A stretch of DNA of 64,000 nucleotides from Eledone cirrhosa (lineage: Eukaryota). Where the stretch lies: positions 16,120,001 to 16,184,000 of the forward strand of contig OZ024766.1 of assembly GCA_964016885.1 (NCBI GenBank), given 5' to 3'. A program made the position numbers and the translations under genes. Under the pieces are notes generated by a model. It had not been told where the DNA came from. It saw only the letters and a program-made list of their open reading frames with translations, and made no database searches. Below are positions 1-10,425 of the stretch, piece by piece (positions within the stretch are counted from its first letter, which is position 1; each line of letters opens with the position of its first letter).

Positions 1-24
1 TTCTCTATATATATATATATATAT

Positions 25-218
25 CCAAAATTAAGATAAATTAAAATAAAATTAATCTATATCAAATTATGGGTGTCATGCCAGAAAGACAGGCGCCATA
101 TCACTCGTAAAATAAGGTCCATGGAGCTTATTTCATGAGCGATATGGCGCCTGTCTTATTGGCATGACACCCATGATACGATTCAGATTAATTTCATTTT
201 AATTTATCTTAATTTTGG
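25..218. mobile_element. Palindrome A: ~194-bp spacerless inverted repeat (MITE/foldback-like) in (TA)n. Also at 9434-9627, 24114-24301, 32097-32284, 35956-36143, 41469-41656, 51739-51932 and 62960-63153.
   Basis: ccaaaattaagataaatt...aatttatcttaattttgg, symmetric about ccatgg (119-124), with TA repeats on both sides. The MITE identity is inference. Confidence 0.75.
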
Positions 219-894
219 ATATATATATATATAAATAGGGCCTCTTAATTGTAGAGCTAACTCTGTTGAAAGGACCTGACTGCTGTTTCTAGTTGTCAAT
301 AACCCTATTCACGCAACTGGGACGAAGCTGGTATGATGTGTGTATTTTTAGTAGATACAGCACGTGTTACTGGTCAGTCGCTGATTTGAACTTGATGCGT
401 AAACACAGATGGTTGGACTTCTTCCTTGTTGAGAATCCAAGATCTGGCTACTTTCGTTTACCAATCGATTAATTGGTGAAATATATTTCTTTAATGGAAT
501 ATATACAAGGAAGATTAATCATTTTCTAAGGTATCTATTTTTGAAGTTCTAGTTAAACTTTATTTAGTTACCTACCTAGCTATGTGTGCTTACACACTTT
601 TACAAATTATCCCCTGTGATTGTTTCATATGTTTATTTATATGTCAATCAATTTCTAGTTTATATATATATATATATACGTGGAAAAGTAAAATATAGCA
701 GAACAGACCGTTAAAAGATGTTTATTTAAAATAGCACCTATGTAATGAAGACATGACAAATTGTCCTCGCGCTCTCTCTATATATAGAGAAAAGGTGAAG
801 TTGGAAATAGCACGGAAAATATATTTTAGGGTCTGTTTTTCTGTTATTTATCTTTTGGTTCGTCAAAGTGACATTATTGAAAATATGGGAGGGA

Positions 895-1032
895 CATCAT
901 CATTCATCATCATTTCATTTCACGTCCGCTTTCTCCCTGCTTGCAAGGGTGGGACGGGAACTGATTCTGGCTTGATATCTACAGATGGATGCCCGTCTTA
1001 ACGCCAACCTCACTTACAGTGAGTGCTGGGTA
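895..1032 (-). mobile_element. 3' part of a second SINE family with a (GAT)n tail; one per unit and per partial copy
   Basis: Reverse complement reads ...cagcactcactgtaagtgaggttggcgttaagacgggcatcc...gcggacgtgaaatgaaatgatgatg; a plus-strand copy lies at 52555-52683. Confidence 0.6.
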
Positions 1033-1035
1033 CTG

Positions 1036-2350
1036 TCATGTTGAATGTTTTTCATGATGTTGTGGTAGGCATATTTCTGGTCATCCACCAGTCAAGGTTT
1101 ATTTTCATCCACAAACTTACGCAACACTTCAATATCATGGTTTGTCTCCTGAAAAACTGATTGTATTACCTCAATTTCTTCTGGCTCTGGCATCCTGCAT
1201 TGCTGGAATTCAATGGGACAGGTTGCACAGAGCTTGATTGTAAATCTTGGAGGTAGATTCCACATAAATATTGCTATAACGTCTTTGGGCTAGGTGTAGA
1301 TAGTCGTCTGACATATTGTTTTTGTGCTCCTGCCAGGGAAGATGAGATTTATTCCACATGCTGTGAGTATAGTAGCAAACAACTGTCTTAGTTAACTGGC
1401 TACTCCAGTGACTGCTCCTTCTAGTCCCTTCTTCCAATGTCAGTTGTCATACAGGTGTCCATGGCTGTCTTATTTAACTGGCTACTCCAGTGACTGCTCC
1501 TTTTAGTTCCTTCTTCCAATGTCAGTTGCAATACAGGAGTCCATGGCTGTCTTATTTAACTGGCTACTCCAGTGACTGCTCCTTCTAGTCCCTTCTTCCA
1601 ATGTCAGTTGTCATACAGGTGTCCATGGTTGTCTTATTTAACTCGCTACTCCAGTGACTGCTCCTTCTAGTCTCTTCTTCCAATCTCAGTTGTCATACAG
1701 AAGTCCATGGCTGTCTTATTTAACTGGCTACTCCAGTGACTGCTCCTTCTAGTCTCTTCTTCCAATGTCAGTTGTCATACAGGAGTCCATGGCTGTCTTA
1801 TGTAACTCGCTACTCCAGTGACTGCTCCTTCTAGTCTCTTCTTCCAATGTCAGTTGTCATACAGGAGTCCATGGCTGTCTTATTTAACTGGCTACTCCAG
1901 TGACTGCTCCTTCTAGTCTCTTCTTCCAATATCAATTGCCATGCAGAATCTGATGTTCTTTAGATGCTTCTTGGTATGTGCTGCACTCTTCCACCAAATC
2001 ACCTGAGATACCCAAATGACGTTGGTCCTTGAACAATATGCAGAAGTGGCTGTAAATAGAAACTCTCTCTGTTGTTGGGGTGGTCATTGTAAACATGCCC
2101 AATAGCATCACTTGCCTTGACTTCATCACCTTCCACTAAATGACCCTGCTTCCTTTGATTCCATGTCTTACAATTGGTCCATGTGTAGTATTTTGGGATG
2201 TCAGCATATAGGAGGGATCGAACAAATTCTTTATTCTGGCAGTGTTTCAAAAAAGCAGTTAGAGTAGTGTCAGGTGGTGCTGGTGTCAACTGATGAGCAG
2301 TGGTTTCAGTGAAGTACACACTCTGTCCATTTTCTATATGTATAGAGATA
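1036..2350 (-). mobile_element. Decayed Helitron Rep/helicase fragment (region between Rep and PIF1-like helicase motif I), unit 1
   Basis: Minus-strand peptides HIENGQSVYFT..TTLTAF..LLYADIPKYYTW..IGHVY..FYL..LLHIVQGPTSF..LR, then RQLFATILTAC..WQEHKNNMSDD..IYNQAL..ETNHDIEVLRKFVDENKP*LVDDQKYAY. These match recalled Helitron RepHel motifs; stops and frameshifts present. Confidence 0.85.
1383..1938. repeat. 82-bp satellite, ~7 copies
   Basis: Monomer aactggctactccagtgactgctccttctagtcccttcttccaatgtcagttgtcatacaggtgtccatggctgtcttattt, starting at 1394, 1476 and onward. Confidence 0.97.
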
Positions 2351-2364
2351 AGGATGAAAAGCAA

Positions 2365-2632
2365 AGTTAATCCCTCAGAGGTTAGCTTTGCCTTTCATCC
2401 CTACGGGGTTGGTAAAATAAAGTACCAGTAATGTACTGGGGTATTGCTGGCCTTGTGCCTAATGTAGAAACAATTATTACAGGGTCGATAAAATATAGTA
2501 CCAGTAATGCACTGGCGTATTTACTGGCCTTGTGCCTAAAGTAGCAACAATTATTACGGGGTCGATAAAATAATGTACCAGTAATACACTAGGGTAATTG
2601 CTGGCCTTGTGCCAAAAGTAGAAACAATTATC
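2365..2632 (+). repeat. 5'-truncated SINE whose 3' ~77 bp is tandemly repeated (3, 2, 3, 4 and 5 copies in units 1-5)
   Basis: gtaccagtaa at 2422, 2498 and 2575; homologous to 4260-4330. Other arrays at ~18035-18230, 26290-26560, 45450-45793 and 56378-56800. Confidence 0.85.
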
Positions 2633-3377
2633 ACATTTCTTTTTAATAAATCACATCACTATAGAATTAAATACGACTGGAACTGTGTCTCAAGGTATTA
2701 AATTATGTCAGGGACTTTTAACGTTTGACACCGGTACGAGAGTTGAAGCATTCGCTAAGACACCGAGTACTTGCTGTCTTCATTATAACTTTAATTAATC
2801 TAATTATATCTTGTGTAACAATTATATATATATACACACACACAATTTTAATTCCTCGACATCAGTCTTACACTGTCATATATATTCTTACTTTACAATT
2901 GTGTCTACTAAGAGTTCCATTACAATCTGTAGTAGTAAAACTACTATTTCACCAGAACATCTGCTATCAGTCATTTATAGACAATATATATATTTTAGAC
3001 CACATATCCACCTAATATATATATATTTCCTATCTAATCTGTAGCTAAAGACATAAAGTCAGCCTCACTACTTCATTCTGACAAGATATCAATTTATTAC
3101 TAAAGATGAAGAAGATACACCAACGTTAATGTCGTGAAATAAAGCTGATAACATTGAAACTTCTAATTTGATAACAAAGAGATTATTTCTTTGGTTGTTT
3201 AGTAACAACTAACAACACAATACATTGATTATATGTGAAGGAGGTAAGTTGACAAAGATTTACTTAATGTCTATATTAATGTGTGTAAATAATATAATTA
3301 TGTGACCCCTACAACGCACCAGTAATTAACCAGATTCCACTGTTACATGTGATATAAAATATATTGTTATGACTGTC

Positions 3378-3826
3378 TTTATTATTTAAATTACCTCCGT
3401 CTATTTAATTATGTGGTTCACTACCTTACATAATGTAGTTTATATTTAACTGTACCTTGTTATTGCTTGAAGTAAGTTAAATATATATTTATTATTTAAA
3501 TTACCTCCGTCTATTTAATTATCTTGTTCACTACCTTACATTATAAAATATAGTTTATATTTAGCTGTACCTTGTCATTGCTTTAAGTAAATTAAAGATA
3601 TATTTATTATTTAAATTACCTCCGTCTATTTAATTATGTGGTTCACTACCTTACATTATAAAATATAGTTTATATTTAGCTGTACCTTGTCATTGCTTTA
3701 AGTAAATTAAAGATATATTTATTATTTAAATTACCTCCGTCTATTTAATTATGTGGTTCACTACCTTACATTATAAAATATAGTTTATATTTAGCTGTAC
3801 CTTGTTATTGTTTTAAGTAAATTAAT
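3378..3826. repeat. 115-bp AT-rich VNTR (4, 3, 4, 2 and 2 copies in units 1-5)
   Basis: ttacctccgt at 3391, 3501, 3616 and 3731. Confidence 0.92.
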
Positions 3827-4094
3827 ATTTTGTCTGTTTTAGTCTAAATCTCTTACAATTTAATTAACTTCATCTACTTATGGTTGAACATTACTTTATT
3901 GTGGGTTTCATTTCATTATAATTATGTCTGATTAGCCAGCCAAGTAGGGGTTGAGTATCTGTATTTCAGGGAACTGGTTTGATGGTGAAGGGACATCTGT
4001 TGTTGTGGGATCTCGGTGGCTGTACATAATAAGGTTCTAATACTCTAAAGAGCTAGCTGAATAACCGTCTGATACATGTCTTGTATAGAGGATC

Positions 4095-4462
4095 ATAAAG
4101 CCATGTATAGAAGAGCAGTCAGCAATGTCAGGATTAACATTCATTATAGTGAAGTGGCAGTATCGGTAGAGAGTCGGACACCATGCTTTGAGGCACAGAG
4201 TTATGTCCCTTTATGATCTGAGTTCAAATCCCGCCGAGGTTAACTTTGCCTTACATCCATATGGGGTTGATAAAATAAAGTACCAGTAATGTACTGGGTA
4301 ATTGCTGGCCTTGTGTTTAAAATAGAAACAATTATAGTGAAGAATTTGGAGTGTAGTCTGGTGTCCACCAGGGCTCTGTTGTTAGCCCTCACTTAGTTAT
4401 TATCGTCCTGCAGCCTATAACAGATGTTTAAGACTGGCTGCCCAGGGGAACTCCTGTATGCA
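4095..4462 (+). mobile_element. Non-LTR (RTE-like) reverse transcriptase fragment interrupted by the SINE; present in all five units
   Basis: After removing the SINE it reads IKAMYRRAVSNVRINIHYSEEFGV*SGVHQGSV(V/L)SPHLVIIVLQPIT..FKTGCP(W/G)ELLYA, i.e. RT motif QG..LSP up to just before YADD. Confidence 0.8.
4155..4330 (+). mobile_element. tRNA-derived SINE (octopus type) with a 12-bp target-site duplication. Also at 19641-19816, 28085-28260, 47094-47269 and 58097-58272.
   Basis: A-box-like TGGCAGTATCGG, B-box GAGTTCAAATCC, body ctttgcctt..ggggt.gataaaataaagtaccagt; flanking attatagtgaag at 4143-4154 and 4331-4342. Confidence 0.85.
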
Positions 4463-4464
4463 CA

Positions 4465-5030
4465 GCAGGACCTGAAGAATGCGATCATATGCATTTTCAA
4501 GGTCTATAAAACGATAATATATACCTCTTAGCAATACTCCCACGATTTCTCAAAGACCTGCCACAGTGTGAATATTTGGTGGGTTATGTTGCACCCAGGG
4601 AGCAAACAGCACTGTCCATCAGCTAGCTTGGACTCGCTACATCACTTTGCCAGAAACTTTGCATATACTTTACCAGGGAGTCTTAACAAGGTGATCCCTC
4701 TCTATTTGGAACAATCTCTCGTGTGTCCCTTTTTATAAATTGGGATTATCACTCCCGATTGCCTTTGCTTGAGTGCCATTTCAGAGACCCAGGCCATCTG
4801 ACACACATGAGTCGGTCACATTTGAGCTCTTTAATTGCTCTTGTGACCTCAGCCTCCGAGAGATTAGTCACCGCTATCAGATTCACCTCATGTACATCCA
4901 AAGATGCTGTTGTGATCGGGTTTGGGAGATCAGCAAAGAATTCTCTCCACCTCATGAGGATCCATCTCTCTGAAGAGAAAAGAACCCCAGATGCACTCAT
5001 GGTTGCAGGTGTGGAGGAAGATTTCTTGTA
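4465..5030 (-). mobile_element. Non-LTR (RTE-like) ORF2 fragment. Also at ~19953-20500, 28396-28960, 47405-47958 and 58408-58970.
   Basis: RWREYFADL..EVTRAIKELK..GVIIAIYKKGDTRDCSK.RGITLLSLPGKVY..FIDLENAYDR, typical pre-RT and early RT motifs; disrupted. Confidence 0.8.
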
Positions 5031-5197
5031 ACTAATTTAACTAATTAAAAACTAAAATAATTTGATTTTTCAATAAAAAGTTTCCAGGGTTTATAGATGT
5101 AAAATTTCCACTGTTAAATCTATCTTTGCTTCTTAAGTATTCTCTATTATTTCATACTGTTTCTTTTTCATTTCAGAATATCAGATGACATTGGGAT

Positions 5198-5431
5198 AAA
5201 TTATTATTTTCAATCTTGGATACATCACCTCTATTTATCATCATTTGAAGATTAAAACTTTTTAAACAGAACTTATATAACACTGTTTATATAAATCTAT
5301 CAGAATTACTGTGAAAATTATTATTTTCAATCTTGGATACATCACCTCTATTTATCATCATTTGAAGATTAAAACTTTTTAAACAGAACTTATATAACAC
5401 TGTTTATATAAATCAATCAGAATTACTGTGA
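5198..5431. repeat. 117-bp tandem duplication in the putative 5' UTR (units 1 and 5 only; second at ~59129-59362)
   Basis: aaattattattttcaatcttgg at 5198 and 5315. Confidence 0.92.
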
Positions 5432-5675
5432 TATATTTCCTCAGAACTGAGTTTAAAGACAAAATTCCTTTTCTTCACTGTGTGGTATATATATATGAGA
5501 GATATATTTTGTATTTTAACTCAGCTTCAATGACAAAGAAGTTTGCATCATCTTCAGATATTAACTGAGATCATAATTGAGGGAAACATAACAGAAGAAA
5601 TATTTTTTAGGAATATAATATAAAAAATATTAAAGAATAACATCTGTAAATTCTGCCAAGGGAAGAAGAATTATT

Positions 5676-7793
5676 ATGGAAAATATATTGAGTGAAAAGA
5701 AGATTAAATGTGAAACAATGTCTAAAGATATGGCTATTACAGAAGAGATGTCAAAGGATAGAGGAGAGAAGCCATATCACTGTGATGTCTGTGGTAAATC
5801 ATTCTCTGTTAGGAGTAAATTAACTAGTCACAAACGTACTCATACAGGAGAAAAGCAATACCACTGTGATATCTGTGGTAAATCATTCTTTGTTAATGGT
5901 AATTTAACAAGCCACAAACGTACACATACAGGAGAGAAGCCATACCACTGTGATATCTGTGGTAAATCATTCTCTCAAAGTAGTAATTTAACTAGCCACA
6001 TGCGTATACATACAGGTGACAAACCATATCACTGTGATATCTGTGGTAAATCATTCTCTCTAAGTAGTATATTAACTTGTCACATACGTACCCATACAGG
6101 AGACAAATCATATCACTGTGATATCTGTGGTAAATCATTCTCTGAAAGTAGTATATTAACTAACCACATGCATATACATATAGGTGAGAAGCCATATCGC
6201 TGTAATATCTGTGGTCAATCATTCTCACTAAGTGGTCACTTAACTAGCCACATACGTACCCATACAGGAGACAAGCCTTATAACTGTGATATCTGTGGTA
6301 AATCATTCTCTAAAAGTACTATATTAACTAACCACATGCATATCCATACAGGAGAGAAGCCATATCACTGTGATATCTGTGGTAAATCATTCTTTGTTAA
6401 TAGTAATTTAACTAGACACAAAAGTATACATACAGGTGAGAAGCCATATCACTGTGATATCTGTGGTAAATCATTCTCTCAAAGTGGTCACTTAAGTAGC
6501 CACAAACGTACCCATACAGGAGAGAAGCCATATAACTGTGATATCTGTGGTAAATCATTCTCTACAAGTACTATATTAACTAACCACATGCATATCCATA
6601 CAGGAGAGAAGCCATATCACTGTGATATCTGTGGTAAATCATTCTCTGAAAGTGGTACCTTAACTAGCCACAAATGTACCCATACAGGAGACAAGCCATA
6701 TCACTGTGATATCTGTGGTAAATCATTCTCTCGAAGAAGTTACTTAACTGAGCACTTACGTATCCATACAGGTGAGAAGCCATATCGCTGTGATATCTGT
6801 GGTAAATCATTCTCTCAAAGTAGTCCCTTAACTAGACACAAACGTATACATACAGTAGAGAAGCCAAATCACTGTGATATCTGTGGTAAATCATTCTCTC
6901 AAAGTAGTAATTTAACTAGCCACATGCGTATACATACAGGTGACAAACCATATCACTGTGATATCTGTGGTAAATCATTCTCTCTAAGTAGTATATTAAC
7001 TTGTCACATACGTACCCATACAGGAGACAAACCATATCGCTGTGATATCTGTGGTCAAACATTCTCTCTAAGTGGTCACTTAACTAGCCACGTACGTACC
7101 CATACAGGAGACAAGCCTTATAACTGTGATATCTGTGGTCAATCATTCTCTCTAAGTGGTCACTTAACTAGCCACGTACGTACCCATACAGGAGACAAGC
7201 CTTATAACTGTGATATCTGTGGTAAATCATTCTTTAATAATATTAGTTTAACTAGACATGAACGTACCCATTCAGGAGAGAAGCCATATCACTGTGATAT
7301 CTGTGGTAAATCATTCTTTGTTAATAGTAATTTAACTAGACACAAAAGTATACATACAGGTGAGAAGCCATATCACTGTGATATCTGTGGTAAATCATTC
7401 TCTCAAAGTGGTCACTTAACTAGCCACAAACGTACCCATACAGGAGAGAAGCCATATAACTGTGATATCTGTGGTAAATCATTCTCTAAAAGTAGTATAT
7501 TAACTAACCACATGCATATCCATACAGGAGAGAAGCCATATCACTGTGATATCTGTGGTAAATCATTCTCTGAAAGTGGTACCTTAACTAGCCACAAACG
7601 TACCCATACAGGAGACAAGCCATATCACTGTGATATCTGTGGTAAATCATTCTCTCGAAGAAGTTACTTAACTGAGCACTTACGTATCCATACAGGTGAG
7701 AAGCCATATCGCTGTGATATCTGTGGTAAATCATTCTCTCAATTTAGTAGTTTAACTAGACACAAATATACCCATACAGGTAAGAAACTATAA
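5676..7793 (+). CDS. Poly-C2H2 zinc-finger protein, gene 1 (705 aa, 24 fingers)
   Basis: Open ORF: 33-aa leader followed by 24 x 28-aa YxCxxCGKSFxxxxxLxxHxxxHTGEKP repeats. Confidence 0.95.
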   Translation: MENILSEKKIKCETMSKDMAITEEMSKDRGEKPYHCDVCGKSFSVRSKLTSHKRTHTGEKQYHCDICGKSFFVNGNLTSHKRTHTGEKPYHCDICGKSFSQSSNLTSHMRIHTGDKPYHCDICGKSFSLSSILTCHIRTHTGDKSYHCDICGKSFSESSILTNHMHIHIGEKPYRCNICGQSFSLSGHLTSHIRTHTGDKPYNCDICGKSFSKSTILTNHMHIHTGEKPYHCDICGKSFFVNSNLTRHKSIHTGEKPYHCDICGKSFSQSGHLSSHKRTHTGEKPYNCDICGKSFSTSTILTNHMHIHTGEKPYHCDICGKSFSESGTLTSHKCTHTGDKPYHCDICGKSFSRRSYLTEHLRIHTGEKPYRCDICGKSFSQSSPLTRHKRIHTVEKPNHCDICGKSFSQSSNLTSHMRIHTGDKPYHCDICGKSFSLSSILTCHIRTHTGDKPYRCDICGQTFSLSGHLTSHVRTHTGDKPYNCDICGQSFSLSGHLTSHVRTHTGDKPYNCDICGKSFFNNISLTRHERTHSGEKPYHCDICGKSFFVNSNLTRHKSIHTGEKPYHCDICGKSFSQSGHLTSHKRTHTGEKPYNCDICGKSFSKSSILTNHMHIHTGEKPYHCDICGKSFSESGTLTSHKRTHTGDKPYHCDICGKSFSRRSYLTEHLRIHTGEKPYRCDICGKSFSQFSSLTRHKYTHTGKKL

Positions 7794-8560
7794 CAAAGTC
7801 ATATCTCATTGTCTCAAAATTGTAAATTAATTAGACACAAATACATTCATATGAGTGAGAAGCCATACCACTGTGATATTGTGGAGAAATTATTCTCTTG
7901 TATTGCTACATTAACTACATACAAACATAAATATATACTGGAGAAAAGCCATATTACTGTGATATCTGTGAGAAATTGTTATCTATAAAAGCTAGCTTAA
8001 CTAGACACAAAGATATATATACAGGAGAGAAACCATATCACTGTGATATCTGTGGGAAATCATTCTCTGAAATAAGTCACTTCACTCAGCACTAACATTT
8101 AAAGAAAAGGAACCATATCATTGTGATATCTGCAGTAAATCATTCTCTAAATGTGGCTTCACTACACACTAACATATACAGGAGAGGAACCATATCACTG
8201 TGATGTCTGTGGTAAATCCTTCTCTAAATGTTTTGTTTTCTCTAGAAACTAACATACAGGAGAGGAACCATATCACTGTGATGTCTGTCGTAAATCATTC
8301 TCTAAATGTTGTGGCTTCACTAGACACTAACTTACACAGGAGAGGAACCATATCACTGTGATGTCTGTGATAAATCCTTCTCTAAATGTTGTGACTTCAC
8401 TAGACACAAACATATACAGGAGAGGAAGCATATCACTGTGATGTCTGTCGTAAATCATTCTCTAAATGTTGTGACTTCACTAGAAACTAACATATAAAGG
8501 AGAGGAACCATATCACTGTTGTCTGTGGCAAATCATTTTCTAAATGTTGTGGTACCAACA
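7794..8560 (+). pseudogene. Degenerate zinc-finger tail after the stop codon. Also at 22634-23240, 30760-31205, 50345-50870 and 61471-62070.
   Basis: Finger-like DNA with stops and frameshifts; ~80-bp period (agaggaa at 8261, 8341, 8421, 8501). Confidence 0.85.
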
Positions 8561-8652
8561 TAAGGTTACTTAATGCTACACAAACACAATCAGACAAGAT
8601 AAAAACCATGTCACTCACCCAAAATAGTGCCACCAATGTTGTTAATGTTTCG

Positions 8653-8658
8653 AATAAA
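8653..8658 (+). terminator. Candidate polyadenylation signal AATAAA (also 23335, 31305, 50967, 62170)
   Basis: Conserved AATAAA followed by T/GT-rich sequence after the dead-finger tail. Confidence 0.5.
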
Positions 8659-9000
8659 ACTTGTTTGTTCTGAAATTATTCTCCGTTCATTTTATTTGTA
8701 GAAGTTTTAACCAAGACTTGTGCTGACAAATCTGTATGGTACAGAATTTACAAACACTATATATATATATATATATATATGTGCCAAAACATCTATGATC
8801 TCGGTTTACAGCTGATGAAGGGTTTATTTTCTCCTTTCATCCATATTACCATCTTAAACTTTGTTTACAGTAACCACACAGCTCCTTTCGTTTCTTATAA
8901 TTTTATATATATATATATATAACAAAGGAGGTGTGGTAAAGAACCAGATGGACCATATACGCACCAGAGTACTCAATACTTTGGGTAGTAGAGCGGGTAA

Positions 9001-9121
9001 TAGGAAAATGTTTAACCCCGACGGCAGAGCTCAATCCGTTTCAACGGCTATTTCTGGAAACAGTCCAGACATAACCGTCGAAATGGCTTGAGCTCTGCCG
9101 TCGGGGTTAAACATTTTCCTA
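9001..9121. mobile_element. Palindrome B: 121-bp inverted repeat (MITE-like). Also at 23665-23785, 31643-31763, 51307-51427 and 62516-62636.
   Basis: taggaaaatgtttaaccccgacggcagagctcaa...ttgagctctgccgtcggggttaaacattttccta; ~6-nt loop; followed by (TA)n. Confidence 0.75.
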
Positions 9122-10425
9122 TATATATATATACATATGTATGAGTGTATATGTCAGTGTGTAGAAATTTCTGTCCATGAAAATGATTATCTTTATTTGT
9201 GTATATATATGTATGTGTATGTTTATATGTGTTCTTATATACATGTGTGCACATCTTGATATATTTTCAGTGTCTGTTCTAGTTCTCAGAGTACAAATCC
9301 CACAGGTAAAGTTGCTTCGATATTTTGAGGTCATTAAATGAAATACCAGTGAAATACTGGGGTGGTTAATTCCTCTTCTTTGTCATTGTCTGTTTGTCTA
9401 CTCTTCTCTTTCTCTGTATTTATATATATATATCCAAAATTAAGATATATTAAAATAAAATTAATCTAAATCAAATTATGGGAGTCATGCCAGAAAGACA
9501 TGCGCCATATCACCCGTAAAATAAGGTCCATGGAGCTTATTTTATGGGTGATATGGCGCATGTCTTTCTGGTATGACACCCATAATTTGATATAGATTAA
9601 TTTTGTTTTAATTTATCTTAATTTTTGATATATATAAATACGGCCTCTTAATTGTAGAGCTAACTCTGTTGAAAGGACCTGACTGCTGTTTCTAGTTGTC
9701 AATATCCCTATTCACGCAACTGGGATGAAGCTGGTATGATGTGTTACTGGTCAGTCGCTGATTTGAACTTGATGCGTAAACACAGATGGTTGGACTTTTT
9801 CCTGGTTGAGAATCCAAGATCTGGCTACTGTCGTTTACCAATCGATTATTTGGTGAAATATATTTCTTTAATGGAATATATACAAGGAAGATTACTCATT
9901 TTCTAAGGTATCTATTTTTGAAATTCTAGTTAAATTTATTTAGTTACCTACCTAGCTATGTGTGCTTACACACATTTACAAATTATCCCCTGTGATTGTT
10001 TCATATGTTTATTTATATGTCAATTTCTAGTTGATATATATATATAAATATAAATATATATATATATACGTGGAAAAGTAAAATATAGCAGAACAGACCG
10101 TTAAAAGATGTTTATTTAAAATAGCACCTATGTAATGAAGACATGACAAATTGTCCTCGCGCCCTCTCTATTTATAGAGAAAAGGTGAAGTTGGAAATAG
10201 CACGGAAAATATATTTTAGGGGTCTGTTTTTCTGTTATTTATCTTTTGATTCGTCAAAGTGACATTATTGAAAATATGGGAGGGACATCATCATTCATCA
10301 TCATTTCATTTCACGTCCGCTTTCTCCCTGCTTGCAAGGGTGGGACGGGAACTGATTCTGGCTTGATTTCTACAGATGGAAGCCCTTCCTAACGCCAACC
10401 TCATTTACAGTGAGTGCTGGGTGTT

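Larger units (their letters stand above)
3244..5176 (+). other. Predicted 5'-UTR intron. Equivalents: 18839-20641, 27170-29099, 46404-48096 and 57412-59107.
   Basis: Donor gag|GTAAGT and acceptor tgtttctttttcatttcAG|a, conserved in all five units; no transcript evidence. Confidence 0.6.

Noticed and set aside
753-1001. 82-aa ORF with Walker-A-like GGTGT (also 36687, 42200)
   Set aside because: Motif lies on the antisense strand of a SINE tail, lacks the Lys, and the ORF is frameshifted in other units.
2725-3044. Recurrent 77-109 aa ORFs in each unit
   Set aside because: Non-ATG starts in AT-rich sequence with no domain; recurrence reflects recent duplication. Likely promoter/UTR.
4155-4240. 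tRNA gene
   Set aside because: Has A/B boxes but no cloverleaf, and is followed by a SINE body with a target-site duplication.
4723-5031. Plus-strand 66-102 aa ORFs
   Set aside because: Antisense shadows of the minus-strand LINE fragment.
5775-7790. CACTGTG (reverse complement of the V(D)J RSS heptamer) in most fingers
   Set aside because: It is the His-Cys-Asp codon string; no nonamer seen at 12/23 spacing.
1383-7790. 82-bp satellite derived from the 84-bp finger repeat (both contain catacagg)
   Set aside because: Similarity is limited to about 8-10 bp; the in-register Helitron translation explains the monomer.
1-9400. Whole unit as a Helitron that captured the ZNF gene and amplified it by rolling circle
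   Set aside because: Only an internal decayed RepHel fragment is present; no convincing 5'-TC or 3' hairpin-CTRR termini were located at unit boundaries.
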